A DNA stretch of 63,618 bases, the filler included, from Peribolospora baueri (Eukaryota), in assembly GCA_029717555.1 (NCBI GenBank). It is 4 parts of 4 records of this genome, joined end to end, with 100 filler letters (N's around TTAATTAATTAA, not from the genome) between each part and the next. Parts side by side here need not be neighbours in the genome. Positions count along the whole stretch, not along the records: positions 1 to 21,315 come from JAMDHS010000158.1; positions 21,416 to 42,167 come from JAMDHS010000159.1; 2 more parts are not named here. One strand, written 5' to 3'. The notes under the pieces were generated by a model that did no database searches, had not been told where the DNA came from, and was given only the letters and a program-made list of their open reading frames with translations. Each line of letters starts with the position of its first letter. Positions within the stretch are counted from its first letter, which is position 1. Shown here one piece after another: positions 13,601 to 25,875 of the stretch. A program made the translations under genes and the position numbers.

Positions 13601-16600
13601 AGACGGTTCGCAATATCATCGACCACAACAACCAGCATTCGGACTTCCCGCTTTCGACCGAGCAGATGGTCCAGTATGCCACCAAGCGCCTCGTTGTCTC
13701 CATCGTCTGGGCTTTCACAGGTGACTCCAAGCTCGACACGCGTGCCGACATGGGCGAGTACCTGCGCGGCCAGACGGGTGTCGAGCTGCCTCCTCTCGCT
13801 CCTGGTGCCTCCCTCATCGACTTCGACGTTCAGATCAACAATGCCGAATGGATCTCTTGGACGAACCGTGTGCCGACCATCGAAATTGAGACTCACGCTG
13901 TCTCTTCGGCCGATGTCGTCGTGCCGACCATGGACACGGTCCGTCACGAAGAGGTACTCTACTCGTGGCTTTCTGAGCATAAGCCTTTAATGTTGTGTGG
14001 TCCTCCGGGATCGGGTAAGACGATGACTTTGTTCAGCGCCTTGCGCAAGCTTCCCGACATGGAGGTCGTCGGTCTCAACTTTTCCAGCGCCACCACGCCC
14101 GAGCTTATCCTCAAGACGTTCGAGCAGTACTGCGAGTATCGCAAGACTCCGAACGGCGTCGTGCTGGCTCCTATTCAGATCGGCAGATGGCTCGTCGTCT
14201 TCTGCGACGAAATCAACTTGCCTGCGCAGGACAAATACGGCACACAACGTGTCATTTCCTTCCTGCGTCAACTCGTCGAAAGCGGCGGATACTGGCGCAC
14301 TTCTGACAAATCTTGGGTCTCGCTGGAGCGTATCCAGTTCGTCGGTGCTTGTAACCCCCCGACTGACCCAGGTCGTGTGCCACTCAGCCACCGTTTCCTT
14401 CGGCATGCACCACTCGTTATGGTCGACTACCCTGGCGAGGTTTCGCTCATGCAGATTTACGGCACCTTCAACCGCGCTCTACTCAAGGTTATCCCCAACC
14501 TTCGTGGCCATGCTGACCCGCTCACGTCAGCCATGATCGACTTTTACCTCGCATCGCAGAAGCGATTTACGCCGGACATTCAAGCTCACTACGTGTACAG
14601 CCCGCGTGAATTGACTCGCTGGATGCGCGGTATCTACGAAGCGATTAAGCCGTTGGAAACCCTTTCTGTGGAAGGACTTGTCCGCGTTTGGGCGCACGAG
14701 GCGCTTCGTCTTTTCCAGGACCGTCTCGTGACGGAAGAGGAGCGAGCTTGGACGGACGAGAACATCGACGAGACCGCCATGCGCCACTTCCCGACCATCA
14801 ACAAGGAGGAGGCCTTGGCGCGCCCTATCCTGTTTTCCAACTGGCTCTCAAAGCACTACATCCCAGTCGAACGCGAGCAACTCCGGGAGTATGCCAAGGC
14901 ACGTCTCAAGGTGTTCTATGAAGAGGAGTTGGATGTACCGCTCGTGCTCTTCAACGATGTCCTCGACCACGTTCTTCGTATCGACCGAGTCTTCCGACAG
15001 GTCCAGGGTCACCTTCTGCTCATCGGTGTCAGCGGAAGCGGAAAGGTGGGCAGGAGGTGTGGGCGGAATAACTAGAGACGCCGGTTCCTTATGACTGACT
15101 ACCTACATATGTTTTCTTTTTAGACTACGCTATCACGTTTTGTCGCATGGATGAACGGCCTCAGCATCTTCCAAGTCAAAGTCCACAACAAGTACAAGGG
15201 CGAAGATTTTGACGAAGACCTGCGCACCGTTCTCCGGCGAGCAGGAACCAAAGCGGAGAAGATCTGCTTCATCATGGACGAATCCAATGTGCTCGATTCT
15301 GGTTTCCTCGAGCGTATGAACACTCTGTTGGCCAACGCTGAAGTGCCAGGTCTATTCGAGGGCGACGAGTACTCAGCCCTGATGACGGCTTGCAAGGAAG
15401 GCGCCGCCCGGGACGGCTTGATGCTCGATTCGCATGAAGAGCTCTACCGGTGGTTCACCCAGCAAGTTGCCAAGAACCTGCACGTAGTTTTCACCATGAA
15501 CCCGCCCGAAAACGGTCTCGCTTCTCGAGCCTCCACTTCGCCTGCTTTGTTCAACCGTTGCGTGCTGGATTGGTTCGGCGACTGGTCCGATCAGGCATTC
15601 TACCAGGTCGCCATGGAGTTCACTTCCACTCTTGATCTCGACGTGCAGTCATACAACCCCCCAGCCAACTTCCCTATTGCCTACCGTCAGCTCAGTGTCC
15701 CACCGACTCACCGTAGCGCCGTCGTTAACGCACTCGTGCACGTTCACCAGTCGCTCTATGACATTAATCGACGGCTCGCTCGCCGCCAGGGCCGTTACAA
15801 CAACGTTACTCCACGACACTACCTCGATTTCATTGACCAATACGTCAAGCTCTCAAACGAGAAGCGCGACGAGCTGGAGGAGCAGCAGCGTCATCTCAAC
15901 GTTGGTCTTGACAAATTGCGCGACACCGTGCTTCAAGTCGAGGAGTTGCGCAAGAGCCTGGCAGTCAAGCGTACTCAGCTCGAGGCCAAGAATGCGGAGG
16001 CCAATGAGAAGCTGAAGCGCATGGTCGCTGACCAGCAAGAAGCTGAGCAGAAGAAGGCGGCCTCAATCGAGATCCAGGCCGCGCTCGAGATCCAGGAGCG
16101 TGACATCGCCGAACGAAAGCAGGTCGTCATGGGCGACCTCGCAGATGCGGAGCCGGCCGTGAGGGAGGCACAATCGTCCGTCAGCAACATCAAAAAACAA
16201 CACTTAACCGAAGTGCGTTCGATGGGCAACCCCCCTGAAGCCGTGAAGTATGCGATGGAATCCGTCTGCACCATCCTTGGCCACAAGATCGACAGTTGGA
16301 AGACAGTGCAGGGTATTATTCGTCGCGACGACTTCATTGCCAGCATCGTCAACTTCGACACGGACCGACAGATGACTCGAAGCTTGCGCGAGCGCATGAA
16401 GCGCGAGTACCTTAGCAAGCCGTCTTACAATTTCGAAACGGTCAACCGTGCAAGCAAGGCTTGCGGTCCACTGGCCAAGTGGGTCATCGCACAAGTACGC
16501 TTCTCGGAAATCTTGGACCGCGTGGGCCCGCTGCGGGACGAGGTGCAGTCGCTTGAGCATCAGGCCGAGAGCACGAAGGAACAAGCCTCCACCATTGTGA

Positions 16601-19600
16601 CCATGATTGCGGAGCTGGAGGCCAGCATCGCTACTTACAAAGATGAGTACGCTGCTCTCATCAGCGAGACTCAGGCCATCAAGGCCGAGATGGAGCGCGT
16701 TCAAACCAGGGTAGATCGCAGCATCAAGCTCCTGGACAGCTTGTCGTCGGAGAAGGAAAGGTGGGAAGCTGGCAGCCGCACGTTTGAGACGCAGATGAGC
16801 ACGATAAGCGGCGATGCCCTTCTTTCTGCTGCCTTCCTCGCATACGCCGGTTTCTTCGATCAGCACTACCGCGAACTCATGTGGCATGGCTGGTCGAATC
16901 ACCTCTCCGATGCCGGTATCAAATACAAGCAGGAGCTGTCCCTTGCAGACTATCTGTCAACGGCCGACGATCGTCTCGACTGGCAGTCCAAATCTCTACC
17001 GGCCGACACCTTGTGCACAGAGAACGCGATCATGCTCAAGCGCTTCACCCGCTACCCGCTTATCATCGACCCGTCCGGCCAAGCGACGACGTTCTTGCTC
17101 AACGAGTTCAAAGCGAGCAAGATGACGGTGACGAGCTTCCTGGACGAGTCTTTCCTCAAGCAGCTTGAGAGCGCTCTCCGTTTCGGCAATCCGCTGCTGA
17201 TTCAAGACGTCGAGCATTTGGACCCAATCCTTAACGCTGTGCTCAACAAAGAGCTCCGTAGGACAGGTGGTCGTGTGCTCATTCGACTTGGTAACCAAGA
17301 CATCGACTTCTCGCCCTCGTTCACCATGTTCCTGTCCACAAGGGATCCTTCCGTCGAGTTCTCCCCTGACATTTGCTCGTAAGTTGGCCATTCGTCTTGT
17401 CCAATTCTGGTGGTATAGGTGGATTGCTCACTTTTGATGAGCGCCCGCTCCCATTTCCTGCCGTCAGTCGCGTCACGTTCGTCAACTTCACGATGACGAG
17501 AAGCAGCTTGCAAAGCCAGTCTCTCGATCAAGTCCTGCGCGTGGAGCGGCCCGACACGGAGAAAAAGAGAACCGACTTGATGAAGCTGCAGGGCGAATTC
17601 CGTCTTCGTCTCCGCCATCTCGAGAAGTCCCTCTTGCAAGCGCTCAACGAGTCCAAGGGCAACATCTTGGATGACGACAAAGTCATCGACACCCTCGAAA
17701 CGCTCAAGAAAGAGGCAGCCGAGATTACGTCCAAAGTTGAAGAGACTGACTTGATCATGCAAGAAGTGGAGCAGGTCACTGCGGAATACCTGCCATTGGC
17801 CAAGTTTTGCAGCTCTATCTACTTCGTCCTCGAAGAGCTATCCCTCGTCGACCACTTCTACCAGTTTTCACTTCGCTTCTTCCTCGACGTTTTCGACTAC
17901 GTTCTGCACCATAACCCGAACCTTAAGGGTGTCAGCGACAGCCAGCAGCGACTCGACATTCTCATTCGTGACCTATTCTTCCTCATCTTCAAGAGGACGT
18001 CGCGCTCGCTCGCACATCGCGATTACCTACTGCTCGCTGTGCTTCTCGCGCAGATCAAGATCCGCGAAGGGGAGGCGCCACTGAACTGGGACGAGTTCGA
18101 CTTCTTCCTCGAGGGCGGCGAGGCCGTTCTTGGGGCGGATGCAGCAGATGATACCCACCCTTTGCTCAGCCCGGATCAGCTGCACCGTCTCCGGGCTTTC
18201 ACCAAGCTGCCGTCGTTCCAGACATTCGGGGAGCACGTCGAGGCCAACACCGACCTGTGGCGCACCTTCTTGGAATCCAGTACGCCGGAAAAGATGGTGC
18301 CCCAGTTCTGGGAGGAAGAGCCGGGTAAGCCAGCGCTGCTCATCCTTTTTATCCTGATCGGTGCTTGAAAGCAAGCTGACCTCATTAATTTTCTACGTGC
18401 CCCTATATTTTGCAGGTCTTTCCAATGCTTTGCGGCGCATGCTCGTCATCAAGTGTCTTCGCCCCGACCGTCTGGCTCCCGTCACGGAGGCCTTCGTCAA
18501 CGAGGTGTTCCAGACCGACCTGCTTGCCGAAAGCGTATACGACTTGCAGACCATGGTATCGGAGGAAGTCGCAGCTTCCACGCCAGTTGCACTATGCTCC
18601 GTGCCTGGTTTCGATGCCAGCTTCCGCGTGGAGAACCTTGTCAACTCCACTGGGGCCAAGTGCACTTCGGTCGCCATGGGCTCACAGGAAGGTTTCGGCC
18701 TGGCTGATCAAGCTATCACGACAGCAGCACGTTCCGGGTTTTGGGTCCTCCTTAAGAACGTGCATCTGTCCGCCAGTTGGTTGGGCTCGCTGGAGAAGAA
18801 GCTGCAAAGCCTTAATCCAAACCGCAATTTCCGTCTCTTCCTCACCATGGAGACTAACACATCGGTTCCAGTCAGCATCCTCCGTGCGTCACGGATCATA
18901 TACAACGAGGGCGCGACAGGTGTCAAGGCGAACTTGATGGATAGCTTGAAGGGCGTGGAGGCAGCCGGTGCCGTCGAGAAAGCCCGCCTCCTCTTCCTCT
19001 CCTGCTGGTTCCACTCTGTTGTGCTCGAACGCTTGCGTTATCCTACCCTCGGTTTCTCTCGTCAGATTGAGGTAAGCACGTTACTGGACTTCGACACGCG
19101 ACACGCGATTAGCCACAGCGCTAACCACGGCTTCTCTCGCTCTTTGACAAACAGTACAACAACTCGGACTTGACCGCCGCTCTGTCCACAATTAGCTCTT
19201 GGGTGGACCGGATTGCAGGACCGCGGAAGAACGGTGAGTGGTGCAGACCGCCAAGAAAATCATAATGTTAACGAGTAGGCTTCGAAACTGATTTTCTCTT
19301 TTCCGCTTACAGTCAATCCGGACGATCTGCCTTGGCAAGCCGTTCGCGCACTGCTCGTTGAGGTCATCTACGGAGGCAAAGGTGACTTCCAGCATTTTTA
19401 GCTGCGCGCGCACACGGACGCTGACCACCGTTTAACCTATAACAGTTACCACTCCGGAGGACCAGCGTGTCATCAAGGCCTTGGTTCAGTCGCTATTCAC
19501 TCCAAAAGCCTTTGAGATTAACTTCCCACTCGTCGAGGCTGGAGAAGAGGTCGTACATGCGCCGGATGGTACTAACATGGCCCAGTTCGCCGCTTGGGCG

Positions 19601-20889
19601 CGCAACCTGCCTGAACACGCGTCAAGCTTGTGGGTTGGACTGCCGGCAACGGCTGAACGTCTTGTTGCGGATGCCTCTGGTGAGTCGATGATGTCCTTTA
19701 TTTCTTATTATGCCTCTCGTTCTTGACGATCTTTACCCTCGTTACCACAACCGCAGCCCAACAATTGCTCTCCAAGCTTCGCAAGATGAAGAATCTCAGT
19801 GATGATGAAGACGAACCACTCTCTCAGGCGACCACTGCCGAGGTCAAACCCGCATGGCAGCGCCAGGTCCAGCGTCTGAGTCAGGAGTGGCTTGAGCTAC
19901 TTCAAAAGGTGCGTTTTGTGCGTTCTCATTCGAGGTAGATTGCTTTGACCTAGTCAAGCTGACGTTGTCTCCATTGTGCTGGTTCCAGAATGTCCGCCCA
20001 TTGAGCGATGCCTCTTCCAGTTCGCTGGACCGCTTCTTCCTCCGAGAGGTTCAGATCGCTGGCAAGCTGCTCTCCTCCGTGCGGTCTGACTTGCAGTTGG
20101 TTTTGGCGGTCATCCGCGACGGCGAGAAGCATACGAACCGCTCCAGGTCACTGGTCGAGAACCTCAACCAAGGTGAGGGTTTCGTCTGGGACGTTCGATC
20201 CATATTCCTCCAGTTGACCTGATGAGAATGCGTTCTCTCATCGTCTAGGCACTATTCCCTCGCACTGGCGAGTGTATGACGTGCCATCGTCAACCTCTGT
20301 CACCGCTTGGCTTGGCAACTTCCACCTCCGGTTACAGCAGCTCGACCGCGTCACTCAGGGTGGCCCTTATGAGCGCGAGACTATGCCTCTCTCGCTCGGT
20401 CTATTGTTGGTCCCCGGAGCATATCTCACTGCAACGCGTCAGGTCGTGGCCAAGCGAGAAGGCGTGTCGCTCGAGGAGCTCAACCTCGTTTTCAATCCTC
20501 CGGACACCATGTCGACGATTTTCAAGGTGGAAGGTGAGCGATAGACGTTACTCCATCGCGCAGCTTCGAGCCTTTCAGCTGAACCCACTGCCATTCTCTT
20601 CCCGTATGCAGGCCTGATCTGCGATGGAGCCACGCTGTCTGGCCAGAAGCTGACCCTCACAGACGGGCGAAGCCAGCCAATTCCGTCCTCCTCTTTCGGC
20701 TGGACGAAGAGCTCGGAAGTTATTTCTCTGCGCAACGGCAACGGCGGCGGCGAGGACAAAGACTGGACGGTGGTCGTGCCCCTCTACACCAACCAGGACC
20801 GCACCGTTACTCTGGCCTCCCTTGAGCTGCGCTGCGACACTCCACCCGCCATCGTCGCTCAGCGCACAGTCGCTATTCGTATCGCCTGA
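4661..20889 (+). CDS. DYN1: Cytoplasmic dynein heavy chain, full-length and unsplit (25 exons, 4703 aa)
   Basis: Manually placed GT-AG introns: 4980-5105, 5508-5603, 5970-6053, 6956-7059, 7166-7268, 7821-7935, 8418-8527, 9390-9493, 10096-10177, 10346-10426, 10633-10723, 11746-11815, 12546-12624, 13081-13157, 15046-15123, 17379-17467, 18325-18415, 19072-19154, 19234-19312, 19382-19445, 19680-19756, 19909-19988, 20173-20248, 20534-20611. They leave 14112 nt, a multiple of 3. Motifs: P1 [18 protein letters not shown]2 GPSGTGKT, P3 GPPGSGKT, P4 GVSGSGKT, stalk coiled coil with microtubule-binding domain, C-terminal domain ending VAIRIA*. Confidence 0.97.
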
Positions 20890-21315
20890 TATAATGATCT
20901 CTATCCTTGCGGCCATGCAATCGAGCAGTTAATTGTTTTCACAGCCGTTGGAGGTTTCTGTGAGGGGCTCTATTCTTTCATGCCCTGTGGGTTCAGTTCC
21001 TTCAGCACGCGATTCCCGCGGACGAGCAATCTATCGCTGTCCCATCTGGTGGTTGTTTGATGAGATAACAGAGTCCATTTTATCGGGGGTGGGGTGTATC
21101 TAAGCGGTCGCAATCTGATCGAGCGTATACAGTCGTGAGAGCATCACGGCGTTGGGGATATCGAAAGCGGGAAAAAAGAAGGGGTCTATGGTAAATAAGA
21201 TAACGAAACGACCCCCGAATGCGCCGAGGGCCGGAGAAGTACGAAGAGAAGACGGAGCAGAGAGTGGCTGGTGGGAGAGTTGGTTGAGTGGGGGGGGGGG
21301 GGGGGGGGGGGGGAA

Positions 21316-21415
21316 NNNNNNNNNNNNNNNNNNNNNNNNNNNNNNNNNNNNNNNNNNNNTTAATTAATTAANNNNNNNNNNNNNNNNNNNNNNNNNNNNN
21401 NNNNNNNNNNNNNNN
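21316..21415. other. Artificial contig linker N44-TTAATTAATTAA-N44
   Basis: An identical 100-nt spacer occurs three times; the core has stop codons in all six frames. Confidence 0.97.
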
Positions 21416-21420
21416 TCGTA

Positions 21421-21521
21421 GGCCGCGTGGCCAAATGGAAAGGCGTTGGACTACGAATTCGCAGCAGCAGCAGCAGCTCGGAGACATCCAAAGATCGCAG
21501 GTTCGACCCCTGCCGTGGTCG
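21421..21521 (+). tRNA. tRNA-Arg(ACG) with 29-nt intron (21457-21485)
   Basis: Acceptor GGCCGCG/CGTGGTC, D-arm GCC-AAATGGAA-AGGC, anticodon stem TTGGA/TCCAA with CT-ACG-A, intron at the canonical 37/38 position, T-arm GCAGG-TTCGACC-CCTGC, and a T6 terminator at 21523-21528. Confidence 0.95.
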
Positions 21522-21775
21522 CTTTTTTGTTTCAACTTTTTTCCTTCCCGGCACGCCTAACCCTAACTTTGTCGATTGGGACGCGTGTCCCTTTCTCTCT
21601 TTTGAGTCGCCTCTCTCTAATAGAAGCGACGTCTCCGTGTTTATGGCTAATGACTTTTTGTCTTTTTGTAATTATAGAATACATAGTGCTGGACCTGCTA
21701 GCAAGCAGTTCGGACTGTCACCAGTCAGTCACGTCTTGCTTGCTACGTTGCACCCACCGCCTGGCGACCTGAAGA

Positions 21776-24251
21776 CTACGTCTGTAGTACAGACCCTGCC
21801 AGCGAAAAGTGCGGCTGCACTGATCGCCGAGACGTCCAAGGGCCGCTCAGAGAGACTCGGCTGTAGAGACGGGGCGAGGGCCGGGAGGAGGGGACGGCAG
21901 GGCGAGGAGGACGGAGAGGAGAAGCTGCGGGCGAACGCGCAGGCGAAAGCGACGGCGCCGACGACTCGGCGTCGTGGTCTTGCCCGCTACGAGACGCGGC
22001 CATGGTGGCCGCCTTCGTCAAGAGCGAGCGGACGGTCGAAAAGGACGACGCGATGAGCACGACAAAGACGCTCTGCGCAGCAAGGGAAACGAGGGTGAGC
22101 GCGTTGCCGCTTTACGAGGCGCTCAGGAATGACTGACCAGCACGACGCTAGCAAAGGCGGAGAGGAGCGACAAACACAAGCGCGCGACGAGCGAGACGGC
22201 GTGAATGGCTGCCTGTATGCGGAGAGGAAAGGCCGCGGCGTCGGCTGATGGAATGGTATCGGACCGGATGAGCGTGGCGACCAGAGCCCGGACGGCAGCG
22301 GACAGAGTCTTACCGGCTTCCGCAGGCAACAGCGGGAGCGCCATCTCTGGCCGCCACCTCCACGAACTCCCGAGGGCGGCAGAGAAAAGGTTGAATAAAA
22401 TCGAAACGCCCCGGAACGACGGCTCGGCGCTCCCCGTGCGTCGTTCTCGGTGCATGGCCTCGAGGAGCGATTGCAGGCTTGCTGTCACATTGGCAGCCGC
22501 GTCCGTCTGCTCGGCGAGGACAGCCCAGGAGGCGTCCTGCAATGCCGTTTGGCCAGGCCCATCAGTCGACAGGCGACCGTCGAAGGCTTCCAGCTCCCCC
22601 GCCGGCTCACCATATGGTCTTGTGCGTTCGTCAGAACGTTCTCCACCGCGCCACCCAGCGAGTGCAGCCGCTCAAGCATAAAGGCCTGCTCGGAGAGACT
22701 TGATCAGCTGTCGGCTACTGGCAGGACCGCCTCCAATGTCAGGTGGAAAACAACTGACAAAACCACTTAGACTGCGCGACACGGATTCGTCCAACTGCTC
22801 TTGCGCGGCCTTGGCGGCGCTGACGATGCGGACCATCTGATCCATTGCAGCCGACGGGGCGATGAGGCCAAGGCATGCATCCGGACCTTCCACGGAAGCG
22901 TTCAACTGCTTACATCTCTGGCCATGTCCTTTGCAAGTTGCTCGGCGGCGCCAACGACGTCCACCGCCGTCTGACTCCGAGCTTCGGCCGCGTTCGCTAC
23001 TGCCACGAGGCGGACGAGCTCTTCCACCAGAGCGCGGAGAGACTGTAAACATGGAAAAGAGGCTTAGTCTCATCACCGTGCGCTGGCTAGCCGTCTGTAC
23101 TCACATCCTTTCCCTCACGAAGGCCGGATCCCACCTTGCGCATGTCTGCGAGAAGTGACTGTATGCGTGCTGTGACTTTGTCCCCTCGCACGTTCTGGTC
23201 GTTGAACAGTTGACGAAGATGCGAAAGGAGAGCGAGCTTTTCGAGTGTCGCATTGCGATACAGGGATTGGGCGGTATCTGTGCGTCGCCCAAAAGAAGAC
23301 GCTCAGCGAGGCAGGCCTGGTCTTTTTTACTTGGATGATAAATCTCCCTACCACGTTCCCACCCTCGACGGAAGATGAAACATAGCTGTGCTAATTTCCC
23401 GCGGATATCGCTTCAGTACTGGAGCGTGTCAGCAAATAATCTGGAAAAGGGCCCACCGATCTCCCTGAGGTAGCCGGAATAACTTGCCCAGAACTGAGAA
23501 GATCTTGACAAGGCTCTAGGCGAGACCCGACACATAAAACCGAACGTAAGGCTCGTTTCGCGTAAGGCTGCGCTTAAAGCGCTGGGCAACGCACTCCACG
23601 CAACGCCCTGCGTCGAACCCGTCTTCGAGCTGCGACGGCGACGAGTAGCACTCAAGAGGGGCTGATTGGCGTGCCGTAGCGATCTCGCACTTGGTCATCG
23701 CGATGGCGGCTGTTGCGCAATGACGCATCGACAATCAGCTAAAAGCTCCTTCTGGCACGATGTCATGCGATGAACACCCACCTCGCACTCTCTCCGTCTC
23801 GTGCATGTCCATCTCCGCACAGTGCTCCTTGACATTGCCCGCGACGGCGCGGAAACAGTCTCCCTTCTGGTCATAAGCGGCTACGACTCCTTCCGACAGG
23901 GCCAGCTATCGACAGTGAGCAAGGCGCGATGCCAGTGTTGACCGGAACGGCATCGGCTCACCTGCGGCGCGGGAGATGGCGTACTGCTCGTCGACGGAAA
24001 GACCTGTCCAGGCATATACATGCCGGTAACAAAGTCACGGTCAGCCTATTGCTCACGGGAGGAGGAAATGTGGCCTCATCAAGCCAGAAGGTCGCCTCAC
24101 CGTGACCAAAAGCTCGGTCCTCCAAGCCCACACGCAACGACCCAATGGTGCCTTTGCTCGTCCGTTGTGCATCATCAAGTGAGGGCAAACTGTTAGTGGA
24201 AGGCGCGAAGGAGACGACAAGGCAGAGGAGAGGGACGAAGAAGCTGCGCAT
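21776..24251 (-). CDS. KAR5: Nuclear membrane fusion (karyogamy) protein, Kar5/Tht1/GEX1 family (multi-exon)
   Basis: Signal peptide MRSFFVPLLCLVVSFAPS. Cys-rich domain across short exons: GDCFRAVAGNVKEHC, AAIAMTKCEIATARQSAPLEC, RCVE, ALSRSSQFWASYSGYLREI, QLCF, DTAQSLYRNATLEKLALL. Then a helical region and C-terminal TM segments (LCLSLLSAFASVVL/SVFVVLIA); stop at 21776. Confidence 0.8.
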
Positions 24252-24536
24252 GGTAAGAAGGTACGATGTTGATGGTCGGGAGCCAAGGCGACAGCGGGGC
24301 GAATTACGTTGCAGTGGAAGGTTTAGCAAACAGGAGAGAGGTCGCGTCAAGACGCCTACTATAGCCAGCCCCGCCCACAGAAGCTCACAACCACCGGCGC
24401 CTCGCCGCCGGGAAGGCCGCCAATACCGGACGATAGAAATACAAAAGAATTCGCTCGAGCTGCCTCCATCGCGTCTGACGAGACGCATTCATCCTATTAC
24501 AAGCCTGCGTCGAAGCCTCCACATTACAGACGCTCA

Positions 24537-25589
24537 TCATTCGTCCTCCAGTCGGTACGCTACCATTGCCTCCACCTTGTGGACGTTCGTGCTGAAGCTG
24601 CGAAGTCGCACCTGCTCCGCGTTGCCGGAGATGAGTCGAGCGTCGGAATCGGTCCAATCCATGGGGACATCGGTGTCGGACGTCGTGTATGCGAGAATGT
24701 TGAACGCGCCTATATCAAGGGAAAGATGCAACGACACGGCGACGGGAGTCCAGATCAGGTCCAGACGGCGTTCGGAAGAAGCAGCTATAGAATCCCCTGC
24801 ACTCGGCGCCGCGCCATCCGACCTCCAATCCGACTAGCTCGCAATCCTCGGCTCACATTTGTTCTCCAGCACCGGCAGGAAGGTCACGCTAGCAGTGATT
24901 TGACGAATGATGGCGGCAATCTCTGCGTTAATCTCCTTTTCTGATTTGGTTGCGACCGCTGCTTGCTGATCCTTCGGGGATGGGCTGCAACGAGTGGCCG
25001 GCGCGTCCATTGTGAGTGAGGAGGCGACGGATTTCAAGTCGGAGTATACGTCTTTTTAGCATGGAACGGCACTCACTCGGCGTTCTCCTTTCCATCCCCA
25101 CCGCTGGATGGTCCACCTTGGACGATGTCAACGTCGAATTGCCATCGTTCAACAGTCTCCTGCGACTCCTTGTCGATGATAGCCACGACCAGGCGAGATA
25201 TCCGTCCGGACAACAGCCATTCTGAAACAGCCGGGTGTCAAGCCTAAAGGTAGGAAACGCGTGCCAATTAAGATAAATCGATAAAGCTCACCATTCAGCT
25301 GGGTCATGATCTTGGCCAGATATGCGGCCAGGCCGTCGTCGGTCGTGACGAGCATGTTGAGACCGTACTTTTTCACCATTTTAAAGTCCTCTGGCGGATA
25401 GATAGCGCGCTGAAACAGGATAGAGTTGACCTGGAGCAAGAATGAAAAAACCAGTTGGCCGTCTGCAACGTCGTCACAAGCAAAAGACGGGCGTTTCTCA
25501 CTCACTGAATACTCGAAGAACTCAGTCACGATTTTCGTGGACCCCTTGAGGGTGATCTGATTGCGCACGGGCGCCTGCGTGGTCGCCAT
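24537..25589 (-). CDS. MAD2: Spindle assembly checkpoint protein Mad2 (HORMA domain)
   Basis: ITLKGSTKIVTEFFEYSV/NSILFQRAIYPPEDF...ERWQFDV...EIAAIIRQITASVTFLP...AEQVRLRSFSTNVHKVEAMVAYR. Confidence 0.96.
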
Positions 25590-25875
25590 TTTCAATGGCT
25601 GGAGACAAGACGGAAGCTATCCAGAGAGACGGCCAGCCGAGGTGGTAATAATGTGAGGGCGTTCCGCGTCCCTGAGGGCGGAACAGGTGCTGACAAGGGC
25701 GGTGACGACGTTGACGACGACAACAACATCTTCCTAACCACCTCCTGGGGTATCGACTGCGGCTCGGTGGCTGCGGCCGATCCCGAAATTTCAGTGTAAA
25801 GTGTGTCGATCGGGCACAGGTCTTTCTCCTCCCACCTTCACCGTCTACACCCTCTTCGTCCTCCTTCCAACAGGC
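25590..25875. promoter_or_regulatory. Short divergent (bidirectional) promoter region between MAD2 and MTR4
   Basis: Head-to-head ATGs 286 bp apart (25589 on -, 25876 on +). Function is inferred from geometry only. Confidence 0.5.

Noticed and set aside
21316..21415. TTAATTAATTAA palindrome repeated three times as a biological motif
   Set aside because: Always centred in exactly 44+44 Ns; it is a standard artificial six-frame-stop linker.
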